This document shows positions 40,760 through 52,979 of a stretch of 64,000 nt of DNA, piece by piece. The translations under genes and the position numbers were made by a program. How positions within the stretch are numbered: position 1 is the stretch's first letter; the number at the start of each line of letters is the position of its first letter. Location of the stretch: NCBI GenBank assembly GCA_030704615.1, contig CM060733.1, forward strand, positions 930,001-994,000, written 5' to 3'. Source of the DNA: Takakia lepidozioides. Its lineage: Eukaryota; Plantae; Bryophyta. The notes under the pieces were generated by a model. The model saw only the letters and a program-made list of their open reading frames with translations, had not been told where the DNA came from and made no database searches.

Positions 40760-43318
40760 CAGGAATGATAACTAGGAGTGAAGCATACAAGCATCCTTGC
40801 TAAGTTTAAGAAGGGAGAGAGATACTTCCCAACGCAAGCGCCGCTGCGAAACATAAAAGCCAAAGGAAGGAAAGAGACAATGCATTCACAGCATTGTCTC
40901 CCGCCTGTGAGAAGAGACAAAACACCGCCATTGCGCATCCCCAGAAGCTCGTCCAACATGGGTACGAAGCAGTAGACAGGGTAGCAGCAAAACGCAGACG
41001 CCATAACTCTCATCCCGCGAGCTCAGAAGCACGAGGAGTGTTGCTGACGGCAGGAGAGATACCCTAGGGCCATGCCCAATTTTTCATCCGTGCAGGATAA
41101 GTAATCAACACTACTTTTTTCAAAACCCGACGGATGTCATCCGTTAGCTAGGTTTAAACAATAGGTTATAGGGTAGGGGTTAGGGTTTCACTCCTTATTT
41201 AGCCATAATTAAGGGTAATTAAACAACAGTCCAGGGCCATCATAGGTTGCATATTTTATCCGGTTCAGATGAAAAAATTAATAAGTTCATCCATTTGGAG
41301 AAGGTTCATCAGTAGGATGGAAAAACAATACATAATATCCAAGGCAACGGTTTCACATCCTAACAGGTAATTCAACATCCCCCAAAAAAAATGCATCATC
41401 CGGTACGGAAAAAAACCATAAAAGAGGAATAAACGAATTAATATCCTGGTATTTTTCATCCGGTATGGATGGAAAAATTTATACATAGGATGCCAGTGTC
41501 AACCCCTACAGAGATAATTCCTCATTCTCTGGTGACTCATCTGGTATGGATGAAAGTCAAATAAAAGAGGAATGAAAAAATCATAGACCCAATTTAGAGG
41601 TAATTTAGTGTCCACCTAGGTAATTCATCCGGTATGGATAAAAATCGTTATAGGGCGGGTGAAAACACTGTTTAGAGTCCATCCGGTATAGATGGAAAAA
41701 CAGGAAGAAAACACTGATAAAACCGGCAGGCGGGGTTTGTTCTTGTGTGGGACAAGATAAGATATTGCCACCTATATGTAGGCTGCAAGGCATCTTGGTT
41801 CAACCTGCTCACATACCTTATCACCAGGTTATGTATTGAAGGAGCACAAAGTGCTGAGGTCATGCAAAGGGCAAGGTACCATGGTCCAGCCTGCCCTATT
41901 ACCTTTTCAAGACACGTTTTCAAACATACATCTTGGGCATGACCCACAGGTTGCAGCATCTTACCTTATCAGCCATTATTTACGGCAGGTCATGCATCAG
42001 CCAAGGCATAAGGACCAACCTGCAATTTGTCAGAATCAAAATATGCCTCCAAGCAATCCTACTTGGGCATGATGAAATAGATTCCATACCATTTGTATTC
42101 ACCCCGAGACATGTGATCATACAAGGTGTCAAGGGACTGTGAATTCAGCCTGTCAAATTGCAAATTCAAGACTTGTATACACAAACAACTTGAACAACCG
42201 AGATCCAGCCTCTTTTGCACATAAAAAAACCAGATTGCAGATCATAGGCCTGATGTCATGACAAAGCCAAAACTAGAAGTAGGATCCCATTACAGTTTAC
42301 CATCCTCATCCTTCAAGAGGTCCATGCTAAAGCTTGCAATGAACACCTCACTATGATCCATTACACACCAGAAACAGGCCCGAAAAGGAGCAGGTCGGTG
42401 CCTTATCAGGCTACCACCATAACATTCAAGGCCACCATGTCCATAGAGACCCAAACCCGCCGAAGCAGCCCTCATAAAACCAGATCCTCTATGGCCCAAA
42501 GAACTTACAACCTAGCTCAGTAATCCACAGGCCCTGCTGTCAAAGATCAAAATATAGGGTATGCATGGTTTGTATGCAGGCCTCAGGAGACAGGCCAGAT
42601 AGGTCGAGCTGCCCCATCGACGGCAGAACAACAAAAGCCAAAACATAGGTTGTAGCAAGCCAAACCACGAGCAGTCGGGTTGAATTCGGGGCTGCAGGCA
42701 GCAACCACTTCAAGGCGCGATAACTTACAGGTCTCCTCAGCCCATATCCCAACTGCATGATCAAGAAACTTCAAAGTAGGTGATGATCCTCACCTGGTCC
42801 CATCACAAACCCCCACAAAATCAACGGATTAGTGAGGATTGTGGAACCCCAGGTGAATCACAGACCCTCACACTTGTCATCGATGTCAACTAAGAATCTC
42901 AAAAGCAAGAGAAGAAGATAAGAACACAAGGATCCCTAAACTCCAAAGGCACCTTAAGCGATTGGGGAAGAGGGTTATGCGCCATCACCACCCACAGCAA
43001 GCCGCATCCACAAAGCACATGAGCAATGAAGCAAAGCAGGCAAACTCGCAAGGCTATTAGAAGGGAGGGAGAGAGACTTCCCAGCACAAATGCAATTGCT
43101 AAAATTAAAAGCCAGAGGAGGGAAAATGCTACTGCATTCACAGCGATGTTTCCCGCTGCAAGAGAGACAAGGCGTCGCCTTCGCGCCTCCCCAGGCACTC
43201 GTCCAGCACGGGTACGACACCACAAACGGGGCAGCCACCAAAGCACGGCCGCCATAACACTCTCCCCACGAGCTCAGAAGCACATCGCGTGCTTCTGACA
43301 GCGGGAGAGACAACATAG

Positions 43319-43350
<32 letters not shown>

Positions 43351-45855
43351 CTTCCGATTTTTCATCCGTGGATGAAAAATAGTAGTACACATCCTTCTAC
43401 CCTGACGGATTTCATCCGTAGCAGAGTTAAAAATAGGTTTTAGGGTAGGGGTTAGGGTTTCACCCCGTAATTAATCATAATTAGGGGTAGTTAAGACCAA
43501 TTCCAGGTCATAATCATCTGTACTCGTCATCCATAAACAGATCACTTTGTCAAGATAAAAAAAAGTAGGGAATATCATCCGTGGCAGCAGTTTACCTCCA
43601 CCTAGGTAATTCATCATTCCTCACCAGACCACCTTGTATGGATAAAAGAGAGTCAATGAAAGAGGAATGAAGAATCATTATCCTGGAAGTTTTTCAACCG
43701 GTATAGATGAAAAACATGATGGTGTTGGCGACCCTCATAGAGGTAATTTTTCATTCCTTGGTGACTAATCCGGTATGGATGAGAGTCAATAAAAGAGGAA
43801 TGAAAAAACCAAAAAACCATCGTAAAGGTAATTCAGTGTCCATCTTGGTGGCTCATCCGGTATGGATGAAAAACCGATAGAGGATGGATGAGCCTCTGTC
43901 AAAACTTCATCCAGTATGGGTGAAAAAACATGAAATCAACACTGAGAACAACCTGCTGGTTCCCAGTAGAGAGGGAAGATATTCATGTCATGTCAAGACA
44001 TGGACAAGACCCACTAGGGTCATTGTCAATTAAAGACATAAACAACCCAAAACAGGGCACCATCTAACATTTCCATTCTTGTCATAGCTTCCCATGAATT
44101 GACATCACCCAATTAGTCATGATAAAACAAGGTGGGAGGGCGGGGTTTGTTCATGTAGGGGATGCAAACATCTTGAACACCCGAGATCCGGCCATCTTGG
44201 CCAATGAATCATTTGTTTATGTGTGGGACAAGATAAGATATTGATGTCCCTGTGCAAGGCCTCTTGGTTCAGCCTGTACACATACTAGCAGCCTACCATT
44301 TCAGCCATTAATTATGGCAGGTCATGCATCAGCCAAGGCATAAGGACCAGCCTGCAGTTTGTCAGAATCTCAGTATGCCACCAAGCAGTCCAACTTGAGC
44401 AAGATGAAATAGATTCCATATCATTTGTATTCACCCCGAGACATGTGATCATACAAGGTATCAAGGGAATGTGAATGCAGCCTGTCAAATTGCAGGTTCA
44501 AGACTTGTACCAACAAGCAGCATGAAGAGCCGAGATCCAGCCTCTTTTGTATATAAAAAACCAGATTGCAGGTCATAGGCCTGATGTCATGACAGATCCA
44601 AAACTATAGGTAGGATCCCATTGCAGCTTACCATCCTCATCCTTCAAGAGTTCCATGCTAAGACATGCAAAGAACACCTTACTACGATCCAGTACACATC
44701 AGAAGTAGGCCTGAAAAGGAGCAGGGCAGTACCCTACCAGGTTGCCGCCTTAAACTTCAAGGCCACCAGGTCCATAGATACCCAAAACCGCCAAAAACAT
44801 ACCACCAAAACCAGATCCTCTTTGGCCAAAAGAACTTACAACCTACCTTAATAATCCACAGGCTTTGTTGTCAAAGATCAAAAGGTAGGGTATGGTTTGT
44901 ATGCAAGCCTCAGGAAACAGGCCAGTCAGGCCGAGCTGCGCATCGGCGGCAAAACGACAAAGGCCAGAACGTAGGCTGTAGCATGTCAAGCCAGGGGCAG
45001 TCGGGTTGAAATCGGGGCTGCAGGCAGCAGCCACCTCACAGCGCACAAGCCCATAGGTCTCCTCAGCCCATATCCCAATCTGCATGCTCAAGAAACTTCA
45101 AAGTAGGTGAGGATCCTCACCTGGTCCCATCACAAGCCCCCACAAAAACCAACAGGTTAGTGAGGATTGTGGAACCCCAGGTTAATCACAGACCCTCACA
45201 CTTATCACAAATGTCAACTAAGAAACTCAAAAGCAAGAGAAAGAGATAAGAACATGAGAATCCCTAAACTCCAAAGGCACCTTAAGCAATTGGGGAAGAG
45301 GGTTATGCGCCATCACCACCCGCAGCAAGCCGCCTCCACAAAGCACATAAGCAAAGCAGGCACAATCGCAAGGCACTAGAAAGGAGGGAGAGAACTTCCC
45401 ATCATAAGCATCCTTGCTAAGCGCAGAAAAGCCAGAGGAGGGAAGATGTCACTGCATTCATAGCGGTGTTTCCCGCTGCAAGAGAGACAAGGAGCCGCCT
45501 TCACGCCCCCCAGGCGCTCGTTCAGCATGGGTACGACACCACAAACGGGGCAGCCACCGAAGCACGTCCGCCATAACACTCTCCTCGCGAGCTGAGAAGC
45601 ACATCGCATGCTTCTGATAGCGGGAGATACGACATAGGGTTGTCCCTCGATTATTCATCCGTGGATGAAAAACAGTAGGACGCATCCGTATACCCTGACG
45701 GATTTCATCCGCAGCAAGGTTAAAAATAGGTTTTGGGGTAGGGGTTAGGGTTTCCACCGTAATTAATCATAATTAGGGATAGAAAAGATCAATTCCAGGC
45801 CATAATCACATCATCCATAGACAGATCACTTGTGTCAGGATGAAAAAGTAGGGAA
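40760..45855. repeat. ~2.3-kb tandem duplication (two full units plus a partial one)
   Basis: AATAGGTT...GGGTAGGGGTTAGGGTTTC anchor at ~41160, ~43432, ~45726; 41.97-43.5 kb aligns by eye with 44.3-45.85 kb. Confidence 0.9.
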
Positions 45856-47135
45856 CTGGCCTGGGCGCAACTCAGGATGCAAACCATAGCACTGGGCCTC
45901 TCCATGCCCGTACTTGCCACAATGGCCACAGTGCAACTGTGTCGGCTGTGCCGGTGCCAAACCATTGCCTCCCTCTGGGAAATCCTTGTTGACATGGGGT
46001 CCTCCACATGTCCAGCACACCACATCCGCCCGTTGTTGGCTTGCAAATAAAGGGAGAGACCCCTGCATCTGAGGTCCTCTCTGTCCTTCCCTGGGCTTCA
46101 CCTGAGCTCCCTTGTTGCCTTGAGCACGTTGAGGTAGTGGCTGGCTAGGAGCACCACTACCCCGTGGTGCCTCCTTAGCAAATCCCACCATGACCACTCG
46201 TTCCTCCACCATGTTGAGCTCTATCCACTCTGCCAGCAAAAACACATTTGCTAAGGTGGGTTGGGCCGCTTGTAGGAGAGTTGCATCCCGCACCCTTCTC
46301 CTCAGCTCCTTGTCCAATATCCCGTACCAGAATTGGACTGCCTGAGCCTCCGTAACCCCTTGGGTTACATTAATCAAGCGCCTCATGCGAGTGAAAGCCT
46401 CCCTCAAGCTCTCAGTAGGCTTCTTCTGGAACTCTTGCAAGCTCCTCAACTTCTCTGTCCTCACCCCATGGTAGTTCTTTCTCAACTCTTTGAAGAACTC
46501 CACAACAGGGTTGAAGGCAGGCACCGCCACTGGTGCCGGTGCAACAGTAGCTTGGGTGGATGTCGTAGTTGTTGTACCACTAGTCCCACTACTGCTCGTG
46601 GAAGCTGCCGTTGTAGCTGCTGGTGCTGGTGTAGCTGCCGGTGTGGCTGCTGCCCTTTTGCTTTTAGTGCTCTAGTGATGGAAACATAGTCGGGTGACTA
46701 GTACATCATCCACTCCTTGATCTCAACATCGTGCCCCCGCCTAAACTCATGGTAATCCATGGGCGGCCCCTCAAGGTGCTGAAACAACCCCTTCCATGCC
46801 ATGAAAGGTGTAAACAGTTGTGGATTGCGCATTTGTTGCAAGTCACACCAACTATCAAACTCTTGGATAAAATCATCCAACTCAATGGTGCCCACCGCCC
46901 CAGAGTACCTACGTGGCCCCTTGGTGGCTCCATACATCTCCTCCATTGTGTCCCACAACAATGGCAAGGAAACAGCTTGCACCGCCGGTGTGAGTCCTCC
47001 TGATTCACAATCCGAATCAGAATCTTCCGTAGAAGACACAGAAGGTGAAGGTGGCCTAAACTGCACACCTCGTCTCGTATATCTGCTAGTATCGCTAGTG
47101 CTCGTACCGGCACTTTCCCCAGCAACTTGTGGCAC
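45856..47135 (-). pseudogene. Ty3/gypsy-like gag pseudogene (pol deleted)
   Basis: YSGAVGTIELDDFIQEFDSWC, FQKKPTESLREAFTRM (Retrotrans_gag-like), knuckles CWTCGGPH and CGHCGKYGHGEAQC; stop at 46698 plus frameshift; abrupt junction to the 2.3-kb repeat. Confidence 0.85.
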
Positions 47136-48296
47136 CTCTGTGTTGACAAACTGACACTCAACCGGTCATGAACATGTCTCTAACCCCCTCTCCACAAGGT
47201 ATCCGGGTAGAGAACCTGATGCGGCTTATGGTTGGAATACTAGGTTCCTAACATAGCCTGCACATGCACCTGCATCCACCGCAGGTACTCCTATGGTTGG
47301 CTGGTCATCACCTCCAACCTCACCACAGGAGAAACAAAGATGGTCTGACTGGTCATCAACCTAGCCTCACCATCGACAGCATGCTCTATAGTGGGATCGG
47401 CGATCAAGCCTGAGTTCACCACCTATAAAATCAAGCGCCCACACAAAACTAGCATGACGCACAATCAAGCATGCAGGTGTGGAGGGGATCCAAACACAAG
47501 AATGAGAACAACAACTCCCCCACACCAAAAACAACTCCACAGTGTCGCTCCTGCAACCCAGCCCAAACCCGGACTGACTCTTGCCCCCACCTACGGAAAG
47601 GTCTCGGCCTACAGAGAAGGTAGAAAGCTACGAGGAAGGGAAACTAAAGCAATGCCTATCCCCAGCACGCTCTCATCCCAACACCCTCTTTTTTCCTCTC
47701 TTCTCTCACATGCATGACCATGAGAGCATCCTGTAGACACTCCTCCATCCGCCCTCCACGAGCTCATGAAAGTTGGCCTCCAAGGCCCCATGCAAGCCTC
47801 CACAGGGTCCGCCAGTGCCTCCTCTTGTCCACCAGTCATTCCTCAGAATGGAACCACCTCAGGAAACCACGCCGTTCACTGAAGGTTCAAAAATGGAGCA
47901 AATAGAGGTACATATCAGTGTCGTGCGGTTCTTGCCATATTGAAAGAACCGCCGGTTCCGGTTCCTTGATATATTTAAAGAGGCGGTTCCGGTTCCGGTT
48001 CCAAAATTCATGAGCAGATGCCGGTTCCGGTTCCGGGTATTTTTTGGGAAGGATCCGCCGGTTCCAGTTTCCGGTTCCGGTTCTGTATTTTTTGAATATA
48101 TATATAATCTTTTTTAATCTTTTTTTATAAATCTGAAAATGATTTGTGAATCCCATTAGTTATACCAAATATTTTGACCATGTTGAAAAGAAACAACACA
48201 ACATTCATAAACAAATTTATGAAATAATAATAATCCAAAGTAACCAAGTGTAAATCAATGTGTGTAGAGTAGTGTACTATAGAGTACACAAAGAAA

Positions 48297-50575
48297 TCAT
48301 TCTATCTCAAACAACTCAGCCTCTACAATCAACTCCTCGTTGTCATTTAAGAGGACTTCCTCACTGTTCAAAAATTCGCTCATGGAAGAGCTCATGCAAC
48401 CAACACGAGCATCATTCGGCCAATTTTTGACAATGCTCACAAGCATATCAAGGTTCAAAACACCTAACTTGCAACGTCGCAAGTTTGTAATAACACCTGC
48501 AATGCTAAAAACCCTCTCACATTCAATCTGAGACCCAACAATGCCCAACAGGAGACGTGCTAAATACCCCACATATGGAAATACAGATTCGTGCTCCTTC
48601 CACCATTTCAAAAGAGCACTGCACTCAGTGTTAGTGACTTTTTGCCTTCGGAAATGCGCAAGCTGATCTCTCACCACCATCAATGCCATATCGTCACATG
48701 GCTCCTCCAAACCAAACAATGACATGTCATCCTGAGTGGAATCTGGCTCCAGCTGGGTCGTAGTATCCGGGTGAAAGATCTTGAAACATTTGACCAAAAG
48801 AGGCTCCAACACCAAGGTGTCATATTGCCGAACAATGATATATCCTTGTTCTCTGCCCACATATTGTGTCACCAAGGACAATCCCTTGAAACGCGGATCA
48901 AGCATCAGCACCAACATATTGTGGGCTTTCAATGGTTGAACTCCTTCCAAAAATGAAAAAAATGGCCCCAATACATGCAGCACCTCCTGAGCCATCTGCC
49001 ATTATAACAATTGCAACTCTACATCAAAATCGCCAATGCAATAATCCACTGTACCCAACCTTCGAACACTCTCTGCTCGCATGCGTACACAAGTTGTAAT
49101 TGCTGCAGCAAGAGCATCAGACAACAGCCAATATCCACCTGACTGGTTCATAACACACTCATGAACCACATGTCCAAGAACCGTGGAAATAGACTTTGCA
49201 ATTGCCCGCACTTGTGGGCTTGGTATGCGAGATTGCAAAGATAGTGAAGCCTGCCTAGAATAACAAGTAATGATGGCTTGCCGAAATTCCAAAGTTTCTT
49301 GAAAGAGGATCACTTTGGAAGCAAACCTGGTTTTCACTGGAGTCTTCAACTTGCGAGGATGAATGCCACTATCAACACATGCTGCATTCCATTCTTGCCT
49401 TCCTTTTCCACTCTTCTTGGTCCAAGTGATGGTCTTCTGCAACTCTGATTGAGCATCCTTTATAGACACAACCCTCATATCCATGCACACCTTTGCATCA
49501 GTCGTGGCATGCTGACAACACTTGGACATTACATGTCCAAAGCAACTTCCCACAAATGGTGCAGACAGCCCCAATGGGGCACAAGACACGACTGCATTCA
49601 AAGCTGCAGTCAAAGTACCCAAATTACCTCCTTCATCTTTGACATAAGCTATGATGCGCGGATTCAAACCATACTTTGTCAAAAGGTCATTCACTTGTCG
49701 TGCCATGGCTGCCCCCGATGTATCAGGTGCCTCAAACATTCCCAATGTCACATGGCATGGTTCCCATTGCTCATTAAGAAAGTGCGCTATGATGACAAAT
49801 GTATCTGTTCTTCCTCTTGACATCCACAAATCAAAACTGACAGTACAAGTTACACAACTAGATATCAATGGGGACATGTACAAGTCTTGTGTTTTTGCTA
49901 CCAATGATGGGAGCGTCTCATTCACAAGTGTGCGTTGAGAGAGGAAAACTAGACAATCATTTTGTCTCCCCACTACCCTTCGTAGCCATGGAGATTCGAC
50001 CAAATCTGTTGTTCATCATCTTTCTTGTATGGAGTTCGACTGCCAAAGAAAGAAGATATGTTCCCTGGGGTAGGGCCAAGTCTCTTCTTCGCAGGTCTAC
50101 GAGCATCCGGCCCATTTTTTTCCATTTCAATCCACTTACTAACCAAAGCCCCATGTTTCTGACTCACATGCTTGTGAAGAACAGAGTTTCCATGGTCTTT
50201 GTTGTAAGTCATACATCCTGGCATCTTTTCAAACACAGGAGCAAGATGACAAAACACACACCTCATATACTGCGGGTGTATTGCATCTATTGGACCCGCG
50301 TTGGCAACTGCATAAAATGCCCATGATGAAGCAGTGCGATTGTAAGGTTTCCAAAAATCACATTGTTTGCTTAGGATGGAAAACTGCTCTTCCTCGGACA
50401 TTGAGCTGCTTGAATATTGTGATATTGTGGAAGACCCACCGACCGCTGAAGTGAGAGGAATTGATGAAGAAGACGATGCACATAGCGTAGGGCAAGCTTC
50501 CATAGCTCCCGCATTGTTGACATGAACAACACCTCTCTCCAGTTCTTCAAAGATATTGGGCTCCATGCGATGCAA
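48297..50575 (-). pseudogene. hAT transposase with one frameshift (~50005) and one in-frame stop (49002-49004)
   Basis: BED-like finger (WAFY...MRCVFC...LHKHVSQKH), SFDLW, DEGGN, CFGH, KTRF, LDPRFK and the dimerisation domain LKWWKEH...SQIECERVFSIAG. Confidence 0.93.
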
Positions 50576-50754
50576 ATGGCTGGATACACTCCCTGAATCA
50601 AATTATTCCCAATCCAAGCTGTTGGGTGGCACAAGCACTCATACATTCATAGTAGAACACATATATATAAATGTAAAATAGGTCATTTCAGTCATTCAGC
50701 CCCTTTAGACACCATGACAGATCTTCAAATGTGGAAATTCAGTTTTCAGGTGTC

Positions 50755-52065
50755 ATACCGCTGCTGTTTCCAGTTGACCATCCACCCACATTGTCCCACC
50801 ATTGACTGGGGTCAGAAAAGTGTCTCATTCCAAAGCTTCTCTTCATCTCTGTTATCTGTTTTTGTGTACTTTCCTGCTGCCACCTCGGCAGTAACTTGCA
50901 AAGTCACTCCAAACCACCACAGATCATCCCAACGAGCTAATGAGTCTGATGAAAGGGCAAAACAGGCTGAAATAGGTTGAAGAAGAAGGTGCCCTCACCA
51001 CAAATGTGTTGAAGAAGGTACCTTCATCAGTAGTGCCTTGCTCTTTCAATTGCGCTACTGCCGCTGCTGTTTCCAGTTGACCATCCACCCACATTGTCCC
51101 ACCATTGACTGGGGTCAGAAAAGTGTCTCATTCCAAAACTTCTCTTCATCTCTGTTATCTGTTTTTGTGTACTTTCCTGCTGCCACCTCGGCAGTAACTT
51201 GCAAAGTCACTCCAAACCACCACAGATCATCCCAACGAGCTAACTTACAGAATTCAATATACAAATTCAGGGCTGAGCCCGATGAGAGGGCAAAAGAGGC
51301 TGAAACAGGTCAAAGAAGAAGGCTGAAATGTGTTGAAGAAGGTACCTTCATTAGCAGTGCCTTGTTCAAATTGCGCTGCTACCGCTGCTGTTCTAGTTGA
51401 CCATCTACCCACATTGTCCCACCATTGACAAGGGTCAGAAAAGTGTTCATTCCAAAGCTTCTCTTTTATCTCTGTTATCAGTTTTTGGGTACTTTCTGGC
51501 TGCACATTGGCAGTAACTTGCAAAGTCACTCCAAACCACCACATATCCACCCAACGAGCCAACTTACAGAATTCGATATGCAAATTCATGGCTGAGCTTG
51601 ATGAGAGGGCAAAACACACTGAAACAGGTCAAAGAAAATGGTACCATCAGGCTGAAATGTGTTGAAGAAGGTACCTTCATTAGCCGTGCCTTGTGGTGTC
51701 AATTGCGCTGCTACCGTTGCTGTTCCAGTTGACCATCTACCCACATTGTCCCACCATTGACAAGGGTCAGAAAAGTGTTCATTCCAAAGCTTCTCTTTAT
51801 CTCTGTTATCAGTTTTTGGGTACTTTCCGGCTGCCACATTGGCAGTAACTTGCAAAGTCACTCCAAACCACCACATATCCACCCAACGAGCCAACTTACA
51901 GAATTCGATATGCAAATTCATGGCTGAGCCTTATGAGAGGGCAAAACACACTGAAATAGGTCAAAGAAATGGTACCATCAGGCTGAAATGTGTTGAAGAA
52001 AGTACCTTCATTAGCCGTGCCTTGTGGTGTCAATTGCGCTGCTGCCGCTGCTGTTTCCAGTTGAG
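50755..52065. repeat. ~300-330 bp tandem repeat (4+ copies) upstream of the hAT transposase
   Basis: AGTTGACCATC(C/T)ACCCACATTGTCCCACCATTGAC at ~50772, 51075, 51395, 51727; partial at 52039. Confidence 0.92.
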
Positions 52066-52948
52066 CATCTATCTAGGCAGATTTCTTGTAGGTATTGATC
52101 CACAGGGAATCAAACGTAATCTTGTGTGTGAAATTCCGCCCTCTTAGATGAATCTGGACCTCTATCCCTGGTCTTCAGCTGTGTCTGGGTGCCTCACCAC
52201 ATTGTCCTCGACCTTCTGTCATGACCCATGGAGGTTGACTGACCATCAACCCAAGAGGACCTCTTGTGTGTACTTACTTGTGTCTGTAGTCAGGTAATGA
52301 CGGATTGGTCAATGAGAACCACCACGGTGCAGCTGAGCGGGCAGAGATTGAAACACGGACTGCTAAGAACTTCCCCGTTACCCTAGTGAACCTGCTAAGT
52401 AGAAGGGGAGAGAGAGAGAGGTGCAGAAAATGAACAGTAAGAGGCCCAGGTAGTCCAAAAACAACCTGGAACTAAGCAAGGAGAGAAGGGGCCTTTATGC
52501 AAGGTAAGGAAGATGGACACTGAAGCAACATTCTAAAGCGTAAATCGTGGAGAATCGAAGCTGCGAAGGAGGTGAGGCCTCGAAGCAGAGCCGCAGATAT
52601 TAAAATCAGAACTTGAGCTGAGTTCTGGACCATGTCAACTCCATCCATTCAATCATGTGGGCCGCTCGGATCCTCTGCCAGCTGATGCCATTCTTTCACA
52701 ATCCAACACCCTGCAAACCTACCTACATCTTCTTCCTCACTCTCATTCTTCCTCCCTTCTACAAATGCTCCATGCCTTCCTCCATAACACCTAGTCCAAC
52801 TCTTGTAACGTATCCCTCCCCCACGCTGCTCCCCCGTAACCAAACCCTCCCCCGCGCTGCTCCCTCCCCCACACTGCTCCCTCCCCCGCGCTGAAGTCGC
52901 GCTACTGCAGCAGATCGCGCGTGAGAGACGACAGATCGCGGGAGAAGG

Positions 52949-52979
<31 letters not shown>

